This document shows, piece after piece, positions 1 to 9,817 of a stretch of DNA of 53,393 bases (positions are counted from its first letter, which is position 1; every line of letters starts with the position of its first letter). The position numbers and the translations under genes were made by a program. Below the pieces are notes generated by a model, which was not told where the DNA came from, did not search any database, and saw only the letters and a list, made by a program, of their open reading frames with translations. Where the stretch lies: the IMG/VR virus record IMGVR_UViG_3300042939_000264, positions 1 through 53,393 of that record. One strand, 5' to 3'. The DNA comes from a virus. Lineage: Duplodnaviria > Caudoviricetes.

Positions 1-127
1 ACCCATCAAGAACTTGCGGCCAATGTCTTCAGCGCCTTCGGCAAGCGTGGCTTCGGGTGCTGGCTCTGCTGGCTGGGTGGCAAATCCTTCTGGGATTGGC
101 TGGCCGGAGATTGTAGATGTAATCTGC
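1..127. repeat. Terminal direct repeat, identical to 53267-53393 (circular assembly overlap)
   Basis: The first 127 nt match the last 127 nt exactly, and a reading frame continues across the junction. Confidence 0.95.
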
Positions 128-255
128 TCTAGCGTAAAACCTTCTTTGAAGACATCTCCGATGCTACTATCATCTTCTGCTAGAACAGAGGCGATCTGAT
201 CATCTGTGTAGCCCTCGTCTCGGAGCGACTTAAGTTCATCGAAAGTGAAGGTCAT
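1..255 (-). CDS. True N-terminus of the giant polyvalent/ejection protein (continues into 47144-53266)
   Basis: ATG at 255 reads MTFTFDELKSLRDEGYTDDQIASVL...GRKFLMGG, in frame with the 2043-aa ORF across the junction; total about 2126 aa. Confidence 0.85.
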   Translation of the reverse strand, partial: MTFTFDELKSLRDEGYTDDQIASVLAEDDSSIGDVFKEGFTLEQITSTISGQPIPEGFATQPAEPAPEATLAEGAEDIGRKFLMG

Positions 256-276
256 CTTTAACCTTTAACTAGAAGA

Positions 277-1929
277 TTAAAGCCCTTCAAGCTGTTTGTT
301 GATTTCGGTTATCTTTGCCAAGACTTCTTTCACGTCTGCGTCTTGCTTGGTCAATCCGGGTTTTAGCTTTCTTTGACCACCCCTTGGAGTTTCATAAATG
401 ATACGCTCAAGTCTTGTCTTTTCTGATTGAAGATTTGATTTTGTTTGAGATTGCCGTGTTCGCTCAAGTGTTGCTTGTTGTTGAGGCGTTGCTGTCCTTG
501 CAGGCATTGCGACAGACTTTGTTTTGGAGGCTATTCTTTCTTCAAGCGTTGCTTCTGGTGCTTGCGCTGCTGGAGCGGGTTGAGCGGCTGTGGGCTGTGC
601 TGCGCCTTCCTTCTTTCCATATTGGGCGCGGACTCGTTCTGCCACAGAGCCACCACCAGCGGCGGGGGCGGGGGCTTCTGCGGGAGCTTCTTGCCCGATA
701 AGTTTCCAGCCATTCTTGCCTGCAATGGGGACTATGCCCTTTACAAACTCAATCATTTGCACTTCTCCAAACGCTTCTGGTATTGTGTCTTTTTGAACCT
801 GCACAGTAGTTAGTGGCGTTTCAAATCTCTTTCCATTGACATAAGCAACGCCAATCGGCCTGCCTTCTTCGTCTGTTTCTTGTGCTGTTTGAACATTGTT
901 CCAGTTCCCGTTAGCAGCGGCGAACAAGTCCATCAATGTTTTATTGTTGCTTATCCGCGCCCCGATGACTGTTGCGTTATTTGTGAAAGCATCAAAGTCG
1001 CCAATCTGTTTAGTTGTCCTTTGGGATTCTCGGCCTTTAGGTGTAAATTTTTCTGTAGCTTCTACAGTAGCCTTGTTCTTACCAGCGATCCCGCCAAATG
1101 GTATTCCGGGGATATCTCCAAAGGAAACAACCGTGCTATCTTTTGGAACCTGATTTTCTGCAACAGTAATTTCCCGCTGTTGTGCATCTTGCTGTTCTGG
1201 GTTTTTTGCCCTAAATTCAGCGACAGCTTTGATGTCTTCTTTTTTTGGAGGAGTTGACGGAACTGTTAATTCACTTGATGAGATGAATGCTTCCGCTCCC
1301 CCACCATCGACAGGTAATGCAGCGGCAGCAGCGCGATCAGCCTGTTCGTATGTGCGGTATTCCTGATCTGCTTGCGCTTGCATCTGGCGTTGCGCTGGCG
1401 TTCCCTGTGTCATGTCTGTTCCGACAAATCGAGCCTCCATATCGCCACCGTTTGTGACATCAGTTACAGTTGTATCGACAACCGTTGTGTCGGGAGTGTA
1501 ATTTGGATCAGCTAGTTCTTGCGCTGTAGGAACGCGCATGCCGGGGAGCGTTGTTCGTGTAGTCGGCCCAACCATGCGGCTCCTTTGCAAATCATTCCAC
1601 ATCTGGTTCTGCTGGAACTCTGCGACATTCTTGATGCTATCCAAGTAGCTCTTGCTGGCTTGCGCGATCAATGGATTCTGCGACATCAATGGCAACCCGC
1701 TCACAGCTTCGGCATACCCGCCAGTATAGTCGCCAGCTTGAATCTTCTGGGTAGCCGAGCGCATCGCATTCTCAATCACAGGTAGCGCGGCTTGGTATTG
1801 CTTTTGATACTCGCGCATGGCTAGGCTCTGGCCCACTTGCTGGCCAAGTTGGCTCAGACTATTAGACAACGCAGAAAAGTTATTAGACTGCTGCTGCGTT
1901 CCCAACATGATTTGTTCAGCGATGCTCAT
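277..1929 (-). CDS. Putative internal virion/ejection protein
   Basis: 550 aa, Q/A/P-rich; lies between a pilot-like gene and the giant ejection protein. Confidence 0.6.
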   Translation of the reverse strand: MSIAEQIMLGTQQQSNNFSALSNSLSQLGQQVGQSLAMREYQKQYQAALPVIENAMRSATQKIQAGDYTGGYAEAVSGLPLMSQNPLIAQASKSYLDSIKNVAEFQQNQMWNDLQRSRMVGPTTRTTLPGMRVPTAQELADPNYTPDTTVVDTTVTDVTNGGDMEARFVGTDMTQGTPAQRQMQAQADQEYRTYEQADRAAAAALPVDGGGAEAFISSSELTVPSTPPKKEDIKAVAEFRAKNPEQQDAQQREITVAENQVPKDSTVVSFGDIPGIPFGGIAGKNKATVEATEKFTPKGRESQRTTKQIGDFDAFTNNATVIGARISNNKTLMDLFAAANGNWNNVQTAQETDEEGRPIGVAYVNGKRFETPLTTVQVQKDTIPEAFGEVQMIEFVKGIVPIAGKNGWKLIGQEAPAEAPAPAAGGGSVAERVRAQYGKKEGAAQPTAAQPAPAAQAPEATLEERIASKTKSVAMPARTATPQQQATLERTRQSQTKSNLQSEKTRLERIIYETPRGGQRKLKPGLTKQDADVKEVLAKITEINKQLEGL

Positions 1930-1935
1930 AGTTTT

Positions 1936-3159
1936 TTAAGCTCCAGTTCCTGATCCGTAATCAAAGTTACCCATGCCGGGGCTTGCCGAGCCATAGGTTG
2001 CAGGCCCGTATGCTTTTGTATAATCAAATCCCCCCGGACCAACGCTGCCACCACCCGCTTTCGCAGTAGTGTATTGGTTATATGCTCCAACACCAGCAGT
2101 AATCGCGCTTCCAGTTGCCGCTGCGCCTTGCGAAACCATTTGGGCTGTTTGTTGCTCGGCAGCAAGATTTGTTGCGGCGTTCTGCTGCGCCACATCATAA
2201 GCAGTCATTGCTTGTCCTGTTGCCGCATTGTAAAGATTAGTAGCATATTGAGACTGCGCTCCAAATGTGCTTGCATTTATATCTCCAATCATGCCAAGTT
2301 GATTAAACTCGGTATTGAGTTTGGAAATGTCTTGTGACCTACCAGCAAGAGAAAGCTCCATCGGGACTGCTGCGTTAGTAATGAAACTATTAGCTATTCC
2401 CATCCAATTCCCCATAACATTTGACAGGTTCGCTGAAGCTCCTGCTAGTGACGAAGTTGCACCAGCCAATTGCGTCCTTTGTGCAGTAATGTTGGGAGCG
2501 TATGAAAGTCCTTGCTGGATTCGCGCCTCGGAAGATTGCCTGATGCTTTCAGCAAGCATGGCTTGGGGCGATTGAATAAATGGGGCTTGCCCTGCGGCTT
2601 GCATTGAAAAGCCAGCGCCTCCGCGTTCAGCTAGCGAGCGTGAAATCTGATCCAATGTAACCTGCGGCAATTGCCCGCGCATCATTTCCGACACAACAGC
2701 TTCTTGCTGCTGGATTAGCGGAATGCCTTGCTGTAATTGGACATTTTGTTGCTGAAGATTGGCCTCCCATTGACCAAGTGTGCTTAGTGCATTCTGGATA
2801 ACTTCTGTAGGATTACGACCAGATACGTTTTGTATCTGCCTGATCGTATTGGCCGTCATTGCGTTTGCCGCATTTATTCCTTCTAGCGTTGCATCTTTCA
2901 GATTGTAATCTGGTATGCGGGCATTAACATCCAACTCGGATATAGCATTTTTTAACTCTTGTTGTTGTTGAATGAAAACATCCGTGGCATCTGAAATGTT
3001 ATCTTCATAAATGTCTGTTGCCTTCGCTTGTGTTTGCTTTAAACTTTTTCCTGCTGCGGCGGTGGCGCTGGCAGCTTTATCCGCAGACGACATTGCCATT
3101 GCGCCTCCAGCTACAGCGCCAGCGGCAGTAATTCCAGCAGCAGCGATTAAGGCTCCCAT
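1936..3159 (-). CDS. Putative internal virion (pilot/ejection) protein
   Basis: 407 aa with a hydrophobic Gly/Ala N-terminus (MGALIAAAGITAAGAVAGG) and Q-rich body; typical podovirus synteny. Confidence 0.65.
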   Translation of the reverse strand: MGALIAAAGITAAGAVAGGAMAMSSADKAASATAAAGKSLKQTQAKATDIYEDNISDATDVFIQQQQELKNAISELDVNARIPDYNLKDATLEGINAANAMTANTIRQIQNVSGRNPTEVIQNALSTLGQWEANLQQQNVQLQQGIPLIQQQEAVVSEMMRGQLPQVTLDQISRSLAERGGAGFSMQAAGQAPFIQSPQAMLAESIRQSSEARIQQGLSYAPNITAQRTQLAGATSSLAGASANLSNVMGNWMGIANSFITNAAVPMELSLAGRSQDISKLNTEFNQLGMIGDINASTFGAQSQYATNLYNAATGQAMTAYDVAQQNAATNLAAEQQTAQMVSQGAAATGSAITAGVGAYNQYTTAKAGGGSVGPGGFDYTKAYGPATYGSASPGMGNFDYGSGTGA

Positions 3160-3160
3160 A

Positions 3161-3688
3161 TTATTTGCTCCTTTCTCTCATGTAGATTTGAAACCACGCT
3201 GGCAACCTTGAGCTTATAAAAACATAAGAGGCGGCATCGGCGGGAATATCGTTAACGATAGCAGTTATGGCGGTGTAACACGCTGGATTTGGGAAAATCA
3301 TTTTCCCATTATCGTGCAACAGTTTTGTGATCTCGTCAATCAAAGAAAACAAATCTGGAAAGTTTTTCTTTATATGCTCGTTAGCTTCATCCCATATTTG
3401 GTCTGGCTTTCCCTTCACAAATCCATTGCCCCACCCCGGAACTTTCGCCCCGTTCTCAATATACATTTTAGCAAAACCAATCGGGTCTTCACTTGAAAGC
3501 ATCTCCGTAACTTCTTGGACTGGTCCGTGTGGATTGCCTAGCATGGAAAGCGCAGCGATTACCGCATTGCCAAATCTTCCGCTGCTCTTTGCTGATAGGC
3601 TTACAGCGATAGATGATGGGTTGTCCCTAAATGAAGATTCAAAGTGGCACCGAGATACTATTTGGAGCAATTTAGTTGCAGATTCCAT
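3161..3688 (-). CDS. Citrate synthase/citryl-CoA lyase-fold protein, catalytically divergent
   Basis: NPSS..V...AVIAALSMLGNPHG, VPGWGN..KGKPD, FPNPACY and FISSRLPAW align by eye to CS motifs NAST, G.LHG, PGFGH..Y...DPR, PNVDFY and F..AR..GW; start uncertain (3688, 3715 or 3742). Confidence 0.65.
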   Translation of the reverse strand: MESATKLLQIVSRCHFESSFRDNPSSIAVSLSAKSSGRFGNAVIAALSMLGNPHGPVQEVTEMLSSEDPIGFAKMYIENGAKVPGWGNGFVKGKPDQIWDEANEHIKKNFPDLFSLIDEITKLLHDNGKMIFPNPACYTAITAIVNDIPADAASYVFISSRLPAWFQIYMRERSK

Positions 3689-4199
3689 AATTTTTAGATA
3701 TTTTTTCAACTCCATTGAAATGCGCGAAATGTGCAATATCAACTAGTTCAATCCTATAGTTCTTGCATATTTCATATTGCTCTTTTGGAAAGTTTCTGCC
3801 TCCAGAAACAATGCTCCATATCTCTTCTATTCTAGCATCTATCTCTGCATAGCTGAATGATGGATATAATTCCTTTTCTATATCAAGTTGTATTGCTTGC
3901 TTGTCAATCAACCAATCTGCATTTTCAATTCCACAATTGATAAGCGACTTCTTTACTTCTTCCTTGTCCCTATCAATGATAATGATGTTAATATCTTTTA
4001 CTTCACGTTTTATATCATTGATTCTGAATACCTGTCCAGTATCTACACTCCCTATTCCTTGACTCATTTTCTCTATAGCATGCTCAAATGAATCGCTTCT
4101 TGCTATTAGCTCATGCTCGCACCGGAGTCCTGCCGCATTAAAGAACGACGCCAACCAAGCCGTCCTCGATCTTGGGAGGCTCAACACGGCGAAGCTCAT
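3672..4199 (-). CDS. Sulfotransferase-like (P-loop fold) protein
   Basis: N-terminal LPRSRTAWL resembles the 5'-PSB loop (PRSGTTWL); IIIDRD.EEV..SL resembles the 3'-PB motif. Confidence 0.6.
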   Translation of the reverse strand: MSFAVLSLPRSRTAWLASFFNAAGLRCEHELIARSDSFEHAIEKMSQGIGSVDTGQVFRINDIKREVKDINIIIIDRDKEEVKKSLINCGIENADWLIDKQAIQLDIEKELYPSFSYAEIDARIEEIWSIVSGGRNFPKEQYEICKNYRIELVDIAHFAHFNGVEKISKNYGICN

Positions 4200-5155
4200 G
4201 GCCAGAAGTAATAATCTTGCGCTCCAAAGAGGGCTTGCCTGTCAATCAGACCCTCCGGTCTGCGCGAGTCCACAAACTTGATCGGGCTTGCCGTTGGGAT
4301 TTCAGCGTCTTCAATTGTCTTCTCTTCTTCTCTGATCGCCAAATCCAGATTAGCCAAAAACTCGTTTTGTTTTCGGTTCTCTCTAGAATTAAGTGCCAGC
4401 ACAGCAAAGATCATGCTGTCCTTCTTGAACTCCACTAGATCGCTATCATCCTCAAGATCAAAATACTTGAGGCTGGCATAGATCGTCATGTAGTTGCATT
4501 GCTTTGGCAGGCGGAAGCGGCGGAACCACGGGTTGATATCCTGTGGTTGATAGATCGCCAATAGCAGGCTTGAGTTATTGTCTGGGTTGTAGGCATACAC
4601 CCTTACCCTACCTTTGGTTCTCGGCTTGCTCACGGCACGGAGTCCTTTAACTCGGATGCTGGAGAGCGCTCTGTTCGGCGGGTTAACTGTTGTGATAGGG
4701 ACTGTGTGGTATGTTGAATACTCGTCCTGCGCTTGGAATGTTAGCTCCACCCCAACATCGTCAGAATGTTCGACCATGACCGCTATCTGGTATGGTGCGG
4801 TAGTGTAGTCTTGGAAGACAACATGCCTCCCCCCGACCTCTGTGATCAGACGATGGCAGGATTGGTCGTAGGTATTAGCATACGCATCGGTGCTTGTGAA
4901 CCATTCATCGGCGAGGCTAATGTTGTGCTTGCCATACCATGCCAGCTTGATCTGCTCGTAGCGGTTTGGCAGCGTGAAGCAGTAGTTCGCGCAGCATACG
5001 CGAAAATACTCTGCCGTTGATAGCCAGCCGCGCTTGTCCCACAATAGCTCACGCGCAGCATTGACGGCTTTCTTTGCCCTCTCAATGTTGCACGATCCAC
5101 TATCGCCGACAAATCCGCGAACGGCCTCGGCCATCTCTAGAAAGGTAGATGGCAT
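4196..5155 (-). CDS. Putative head-tail adaptor / tail tubular protein
   Basis: 319 aa; N-terminal helical pattern (AVNAARELLWDKRGW) and synteny with the nozzle gene. Confidence 0.55.
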   Translation of the reverse strand: MPSTFLEMAEAVRGFVGDSGSCNIERAKKAVNAARELLWDKRGWLSTAEYFRVCCANYCFTLPNRYEQIKLAWYGKHNISLADEWFTSTDAYANTYDQSCHRLITEVGGRHVVFQDYTTAPYQIAVMVEHSDDVGVELTFQAQDEYSTYHTVPITTVNPPNRALSSIRVKGLRAVSKPRTKGRVRVYAYNPDNNSSLLLAIYQPQDINPWFRRFRLPKQCNYMTIYASLKYFDLEDDSDLVEFKKDSMIFAVLALNSRENRKQNEFLANLDLAIREEEKTIEDAEIPTASPIKFVDSRRPEGLIDRQALFGAQDYYFWP

Positions 5156-5170
5156 TATCGGTAACGATAA

Positions 5171-5350
5171 TTAGTGAGGTCCGCCGACTTTGCTGACGGG
5201 CTTGCCGACAGTAGGAAGAGGAGCGGAGGAGTAGGCTTTGGGAGTCTTCGCGCCGAGATTGGGTTGATTCCCCATGCCCTCGCGGATCATGCCACGGGTG
5301 CTAACCCCGTCGTTGCTCAATTTAGGATCGGTTCCTTTTAGTGGTGTCAT
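5171..5350 (-). CDS. Small hypothetical protein (59 aa, below the ORF-track cutoff)
   Basis: MTPLKGTDPKLSNDG...VGGPH*; fills the gap in the operon; AT-rich upstream sequence like other starts. Confidence 0.6.
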   Translation of the reverse strand: MTPLKGTDPKLSNDGVSTRGMIREGMGNQPNLGAKTPKAYSSAPLPTVGKPVSKVGGPH

Positions 5351-5372
5351 AGTTTTAGGTTTTCTTTATGGT

Positions 5373-5849
5373 TTAGATGGATCGTATTGCGACCCACTCA
5401 ACTTCCGTTATCGCTGCGATGTTATTCTCAACAACAATTGAGAAACCGGAAGATGTCTTGCTGCCTGTTTGCAGCAAAAATGTTGGCAATGCAGATACTG
5501 TATTTGTTGCAATCAGGGGAGTTAATGCAACGGCGTATTGCGAATCTGGGAATGCACTAGAGAATGAAACTGGAACAATATTGTCTCCTGTTAACAACCC
5601 TGTTACGCTGCCTCTTTTAATCTGAACTTGGCTCAACGCATCAATCTGATTCTGAAGAGCCGTAAGCTGGTCGTTAATATTTTGAATCTCTTGCGGAGTT
5701 ACATCTCCAAGGCCGGGGACATTGATTGTTCCATTTGCAAGAACCTCATCAATAAACTCTTGAAGAATTTGAGTCCAATTCCCAGCGGGACAGAAATCGT
5801 CAGGAACATTTGGAAAGATGATTTGAGGGCTGCTTGCTTGATTGTCCAT
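5373..5849 (-). CDS. Tail-associated protein with coiled coil and beta-rich C-terminal domain
   Basis: 158 aa; VSFSSAFPDSQYAVALT...SGFSI...VEWVAI pattern seen in tail-fibre tip domains. Confidence 0.55.
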   Translation of the reverse strand: MDNQASSPQIIFPNVPDDFCPAGNWTQILQEFIDEVLANGTINVPGLGDVTPQEIQNINDQLTALQNQIDALSQVQIKRGSVTGLLTGDNIVPVSFSSAFPDSQYAVALTPLIATNTVSALPTFLLQTGSKTSSGFSIVVENNIAAITEVEWVAIRSI

Positions 5850-5852
5850 AGC

Positions 5853-7730
5853 TTACGATGTGGCAATAGAGTAGTCCCAATATCTTTCTTGGCAACATAA
5901 ATTTGTCGGGCACTCGTCTTGATCTTCTGGGCAGTCGCCAATCGGACTGTCCTCGTTGTTCTTGATATTCGCCATGATTCTAACGCGATCTACTGTGGCC
6001 ACACCTTCCAACGAGACTTTGATCTGAAACTCGCTTCCCTCGATTGATGGTATCTCTGCAATCTCGTTGCACTCTGATGGATCAGGGGTTGTGAACTTGT
6101 AGCGTTTGTAAAGGTTGCCTCCCACGCGAGGGGTGCATTCCGCCTTTAAAACTGGGGAGCATGGCGGACATCCAAAGGTTGTTTCTGGCTTTAACTCAGA
6201 CCAGCATGGGTTGCTATCGGACCTATACTCAACAGACGATGTGATGTTGCCGGGTATCTCGCTCATCCACATCTCTCCACCTGTGAGCCTTTTTCTTAGA
6301 AACTTGTTTGTCACTTCTGATTTGTCAAAATCATACCTTCCAGTTGTAAAGAAGCTCTTAATTTGGACTGTTCCATTCTGACCAAAATCATCTCCAATTT
6401 GGTTCGTGATTTCATATAGACGATTAATGTTGTCATCGTCAAAGCTAAATCCGAAACCCCGCTTCTCTGTATTAATCATTGCAGTAAGAAGCTGAGTTGG
6501 CCGTATGCCAGTCCAGATTCCATTCCAACGAAATGTGATCGCACTATCTGGGGCTGGCGTTGCGCTCTGATCTAGGTCAAGCACAACCATTCCTCTGTGA
6601 TACCTGTGCAGGCCGGGAGCGTCCGTTCTTTTTGTTTCTGGGGCTACCGTATTAATAAGATAGTTGTCTGAAAACATCGTGCTCGCAAACTGCTTCATCC
6701 ACGGCGTGTCTCTGCCAACCCATTTGTTAACTTCTCTGGAAAGTTTGCGGAGAGAAAAGTAGCTGTAGAACTCAGACTGACTATTGGAATAAAAAGCCCA
6801 TCCATCATGCGAGCGGAACCATAGCTCTGAATTTACCGTGGTCACATATGGACTCGCACAGCCTCTGCCAATAAGTGAGATAAGCTGGATATTTGATGTG
6901 TTCCATTCCACTCTAGGCAGACTTACATCCATCGAGAACGCGCCATTTTCACATAAGACCACCAATACTCCTTGCCCGCGCAGGTTGCCAGACAAGGTTG
7001 GCATAACCTTCATCCCTGTAATATTCCCCATGTTGGCTGGAGTTCCAAATGCGCCACCCTCTGCCCAATAGGTAATCTCGGTAAAGTTTTCTGTGTTTAG
7101 CGTATCGTTGAACCCATTGCCGTAGATAATGTCTGAGGCGTAGATCAGATTAAACTTGTCTGATACGAACACGCGACCAAACGCATATTCCATTACCGTT
7201 CCAATCGGCATCTTGTTGAGATACGGATTGAGTCTTCGCGCATTCTCTGACATCTTCCCGCCCCATGTAATCGCGTTCTGGTATCCGTTCTGGATATATA
7301 CACGATCTTCGGCTTGCACGAACCATGTGTGCATTAAGCTAGGGTCGTTCCAGCCGTTGTTTTGCTTGGACGGGTCTTCTATGCCGGGGATCAAATAGGC
7401 ATACGCAAGATTGTTTACTATCTTGAGAAAGTATATCTTCCCAGCTATTGAACAGATTATTCCGTCGTTCGTATCGAAGTTAGTTTTACGATATGGATAT
7501 GCCCCTTGGAAGTTACCGGTTTGAATATCGTTAACGATAGTCTCTGGCTGGTCTTCTCCTGCTACAATCTTAATCTCCCGTATGCTTGGTCGTGTCTTGT
7601 TTATTCCTCCACGGAATGTTCTGTTAACCGATTCACTAACATAGTTCTCAGGCAAATACGATGGATGTGTAGCGGCATCTTGGGCGACTACAGAAAGAAA
7701 TCCATCGAATACTGATCCTTCAGTTGCCAT
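5853..7730 (-). CDS. Putative tail nozzle / DNA-stabilisation protein
   Basis: 625 aa, beta-rich; size and position match podovirus nozzle genes. Confidence 0.6.
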   Translation of the reverse strand: MATEGSVFDGFLSVVAQDAATHPSYLPENYVSESVNRTFRGGINKTRPSIREIKIVAGEDQPETIVNDIQTGNFQGAYPYRKTNFDTNDGIICSIAGKIYFLKIVNNLAYAYLIPGIEDPSKQNNGWNDPSLMHTWFVQAEDRVYIQNGYQNAITWGGKMSENARRLNPYLNKMPIGTVMEYAFGRVFVSDKFNLIYASDIIYGNGFNDTLNTENFTEITYWAEGGAFGTPANMGNITGMKVMPTLSGNLRGQGVLVVLCENGAFSMDVSLPRVEWNTSNIQLISLIGRGCASPYVTTVNSELWFRSHDGWAFYSNSQSEFYSYFSLRKLSREVNKWVGRDTPWMKQFASTMFSDNYLINTVAPETKRTDAPGLHRYHRGMVVLDLDQSATPAPDSAITFRWNGIWTGIRPTQLLTAMINTEKRGFGFSFDDDNINRLYEITNQIGDDFGQNGTVQIKSFFTTGRYDFDKSEVTNKFLRKRLTGGEMWMSEIPGNITSSVEYRSDSNPCWSELKPETTFGCPPCSPVLKAECTPRVGGNLYKRYKFTTPDPSECNEIAEIPSIEGSEFQIKVSLEGVATVDRVRIMANIKNNEDSPIGDCPEDQDECPTNLCCQERYWDYSIATS

Positions 7731-7877
7731 CTTCTGATGGGTTTTGTTGATTTAGACTTTTTTCCCACGCCCTATACTCTTCGCTCTGGTCATCTATTTC
7801 ATTCATTTTTTTCCCAGATTGTTTATTTGATGAAGAGCCAATTATTTCTCCCATGAAATTTTTTTCCACATACCTAA

Positions 7878-9185
7878 TCACGGTTGCAACCTCCCACGAG
7901 TTTCAGCCCAACCATATGTGTCAATGTAAATTGTTGTTGCTGCGTTTGCTATAAATCCTAGTTGCCTAGATGTATTGGTTAAAGCGCCGTCATTTGCTGG
8001 CGATCCGCTGCTTGACGCATTTTGCAAAATAACTGATCCTGCGCCATTGTTAACGGAGTTAGGAAGATTTGTTGCCGCCCATGTGGAATCTGGATCATAA
8101 GATGTAATATACCTTATGCCAGCCCCAGATTGAAAGTTAATAAGTGGTCTAACTTTGATTCCAGTTGGAACAGTAAGTGTAATTGGAAGCGGGGTTGTCG
8201 AGATTGCTAATGCAGTAGCATCTGCAATCGGTTTTGCTGTATACAAAAATCTATCTCCAACTTGGACAAATCTGCGTATATTTGAGGAACTATCCGTCGT
8301 TACTGCTCCGATTCTGCGATATTCTGTATAACCTCCCGGCAATGCTGGAGAGGATGCGCTTTGAGAAAAGATTGCATCCACAGCCGAGCCGTTGCTGATG
8401 ATGTATACATGCAGCGTTCCATTTGTTGGCTTTGACCCTGTGTCCATTCCGCCCTGATTGTTTCCAGCGGCCCACGCAGCATCTGCTCGTTTGGTAATTG
8501 CAGAAGTCAAAAGTAAATCAACCGTATTAAGCTCAGAGCGGCATTCACCAATGGATATATCAATGTCGTTGTTGGGGTCTGCGCTATTGTTAGAAAGGAT
8601 CATCCCGTAAAGGTGTCCTCCGGGGAATTGATTCTGCGGGGCAGCGACGAATTGGATATTTGTTCCAACCATTTGCAGGCTTGAGCCGGACACCCCATTA
8701 GGGACAACAACAAGATTGTTCGATGTATCGCGGATAAATATGCCTTGACCTGAAGGAAGGAGATTGTTCAGAGTATTGATCCTCCAATCTGTTCCGTCCC
8801 AATATGCCAAAAAGTTATTTCCAACGCTGCTTGGGTCCCATTTCTTTACAGTTCCATCAGCAAGCATAACAATGACATTTGGTGCATTGTCTGGCGTGTG
8901 CGTTTGTAAAAGAGGAAACTCTAATGGCTTTGATGCAGAACCATCAACAAATTCAATTTCATTTGCCAGCGTGTATGCCAACACCGAACCAGTCGATCCG
9001 CCCTCCCATTCAAGATTTCCAGATGTAGACGATTTTAATATTTGTGGAGTGGATGGCGTTGGGATTGTTTTCTGGCAGGATGCAGAGTCTTCAACAACAA
9101 GGCGGCGACCATCATTGGTGGTTGGAAGTGGTTCGCAGAAGAGCGGGAAAGTTGGCTCGCAAGGAGGTGCTGGTTCGCAAGGCAT
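7878..9185 (-). CDS. Tail fibre/appendage protein
   Basis: 435 aa; LSNN..DPNNDIDI..G.C...YRRIG pattern of phage tail proteins; Cys/Pro-rich N-terminus. Confidence 0.6.
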   Translation of the reverse strand: MPCEPAPPCEPTFPLFCEPLPTTNDGRRLVVEDSASCQKTIPTPSTPQILKSSTSGNLEWEGGSTGSVLAYTLANEIEFVDGSASKPLEFPLLQTHTPDNAPNVIVMLADGTVKKWDPSSVGNNFLAYWDGTDWRINTLNNLLPSGQGIFIRDTSNNLVVVPNGVSGSSLQMVGTNIQFVAAPQNQFPGGHLYGMILSNNSADPNNDIDISIGECRSELNTVDLLLTSAITKRADAAWAAGNNQGGMDTGSKPTNGTLHVYIISNGSAVDAIFSQSASSPALPGGYTEYRRIGAVTTDSSSNIRRFVQVGDRFLYTAKPIADATALAISTTPLPITLTVPTGIKVRPLINFQSGAGIRYITSYDPDSTWAATNLPNSVNNGAGSVILQNASSSGSPANDGALTNTSRQLGFIANAATTIYIDTYGWAETRGRLQP

Positions 9186-9189
9186 AATA

Positions 9190-9771
9190 TTAGGTTGTTT
9201 GGGCTTTGATTACTGCGAAAGCAATTACTATGGCTTCGCTAAGATTTCCTGAGGTCACATTGCGGACACTAATCATTGCTGACCCACTAGATGACTGCGC
9301 GTTTAGTGTATAGGCTCCAGCGGTTCCGCCAGATATGTGATTTAGAATCAAAACATCTCCGGATGAAATAACTGAATTCGTTAATGTAAATGAAACAGTT
9401 GTTCCGGCATTCAATGCGCTTGCATCCATTGTAATTTGACCAGATGGTCTATTTAGAATAACAGCAGTCGCTTTGCTGCCTGATTGAGTAATTGTTCCTC
9501 CTGCCCCAATCCCATAACCAATCCCAGATGTATTTGCATTTGCTAATATGTTTGCTGTAACAATTAAGTTGCCAGTCATTGTGCTGCCTGATTTGAGGAC
9601 AGCATTTGCCAATGTGGTTGCGGAATCTTCGGCAGACTGCTCTGCGTTCTGTGCATTTGCAAAAGCAGACTGTGCCGAACTATAGGCGAAGCGTGACAGC
9701 GCAGCAACATCTGTGCAGCATTCATTATTAATGGACGGGTATCCGCTAGGTGAGCATCCGCAGTTTGACAT
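9190..9771 (-). CDS. Virion appendage protein
   Basis: 193 aa; KSGSTMTGNL fibre motif; N-terminus resembles that of the tailspike at 26642-28498. Confidence 0.55.
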   Translation of the reverse strand: MSNCGCSPSGYPSINNECCTDVAALSRFAYSSAQSAFANAQNAEQSAEDSATTLANAVLKSGSTMTGNLIVTANILANANTSGIGYGIGAGGTITQSGSKATAVILNRPSGQITMDASALNAGTTVSFTLTNSVISSGDVLILNHISGGTAGAYTLNAQSSSGSAMISVRNVTSGNLSEAIVIAFAVIKAQTT

Positions 9772-9817
9772 ATTATCGTTAACGATAGGTTTAGTTTAGT
9801 TGGTGGCAAGTAATTTT

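Noticed and set aside
1-127. 127-bp terminal repeat as a biological direct terminal repeat
   Set aside because: It falls inside a CDS and its length equals a common assembler k-mer size, so it is best explained as circular contig overlap
3161-3742. Functional citrate synthase (gltA) auxiliary metabolic gene
   Set aside because: Under 200 aa, and two catalytic positions appear substituted (GFGH to GWGN, NVD to NPA); no gene symbol assigned
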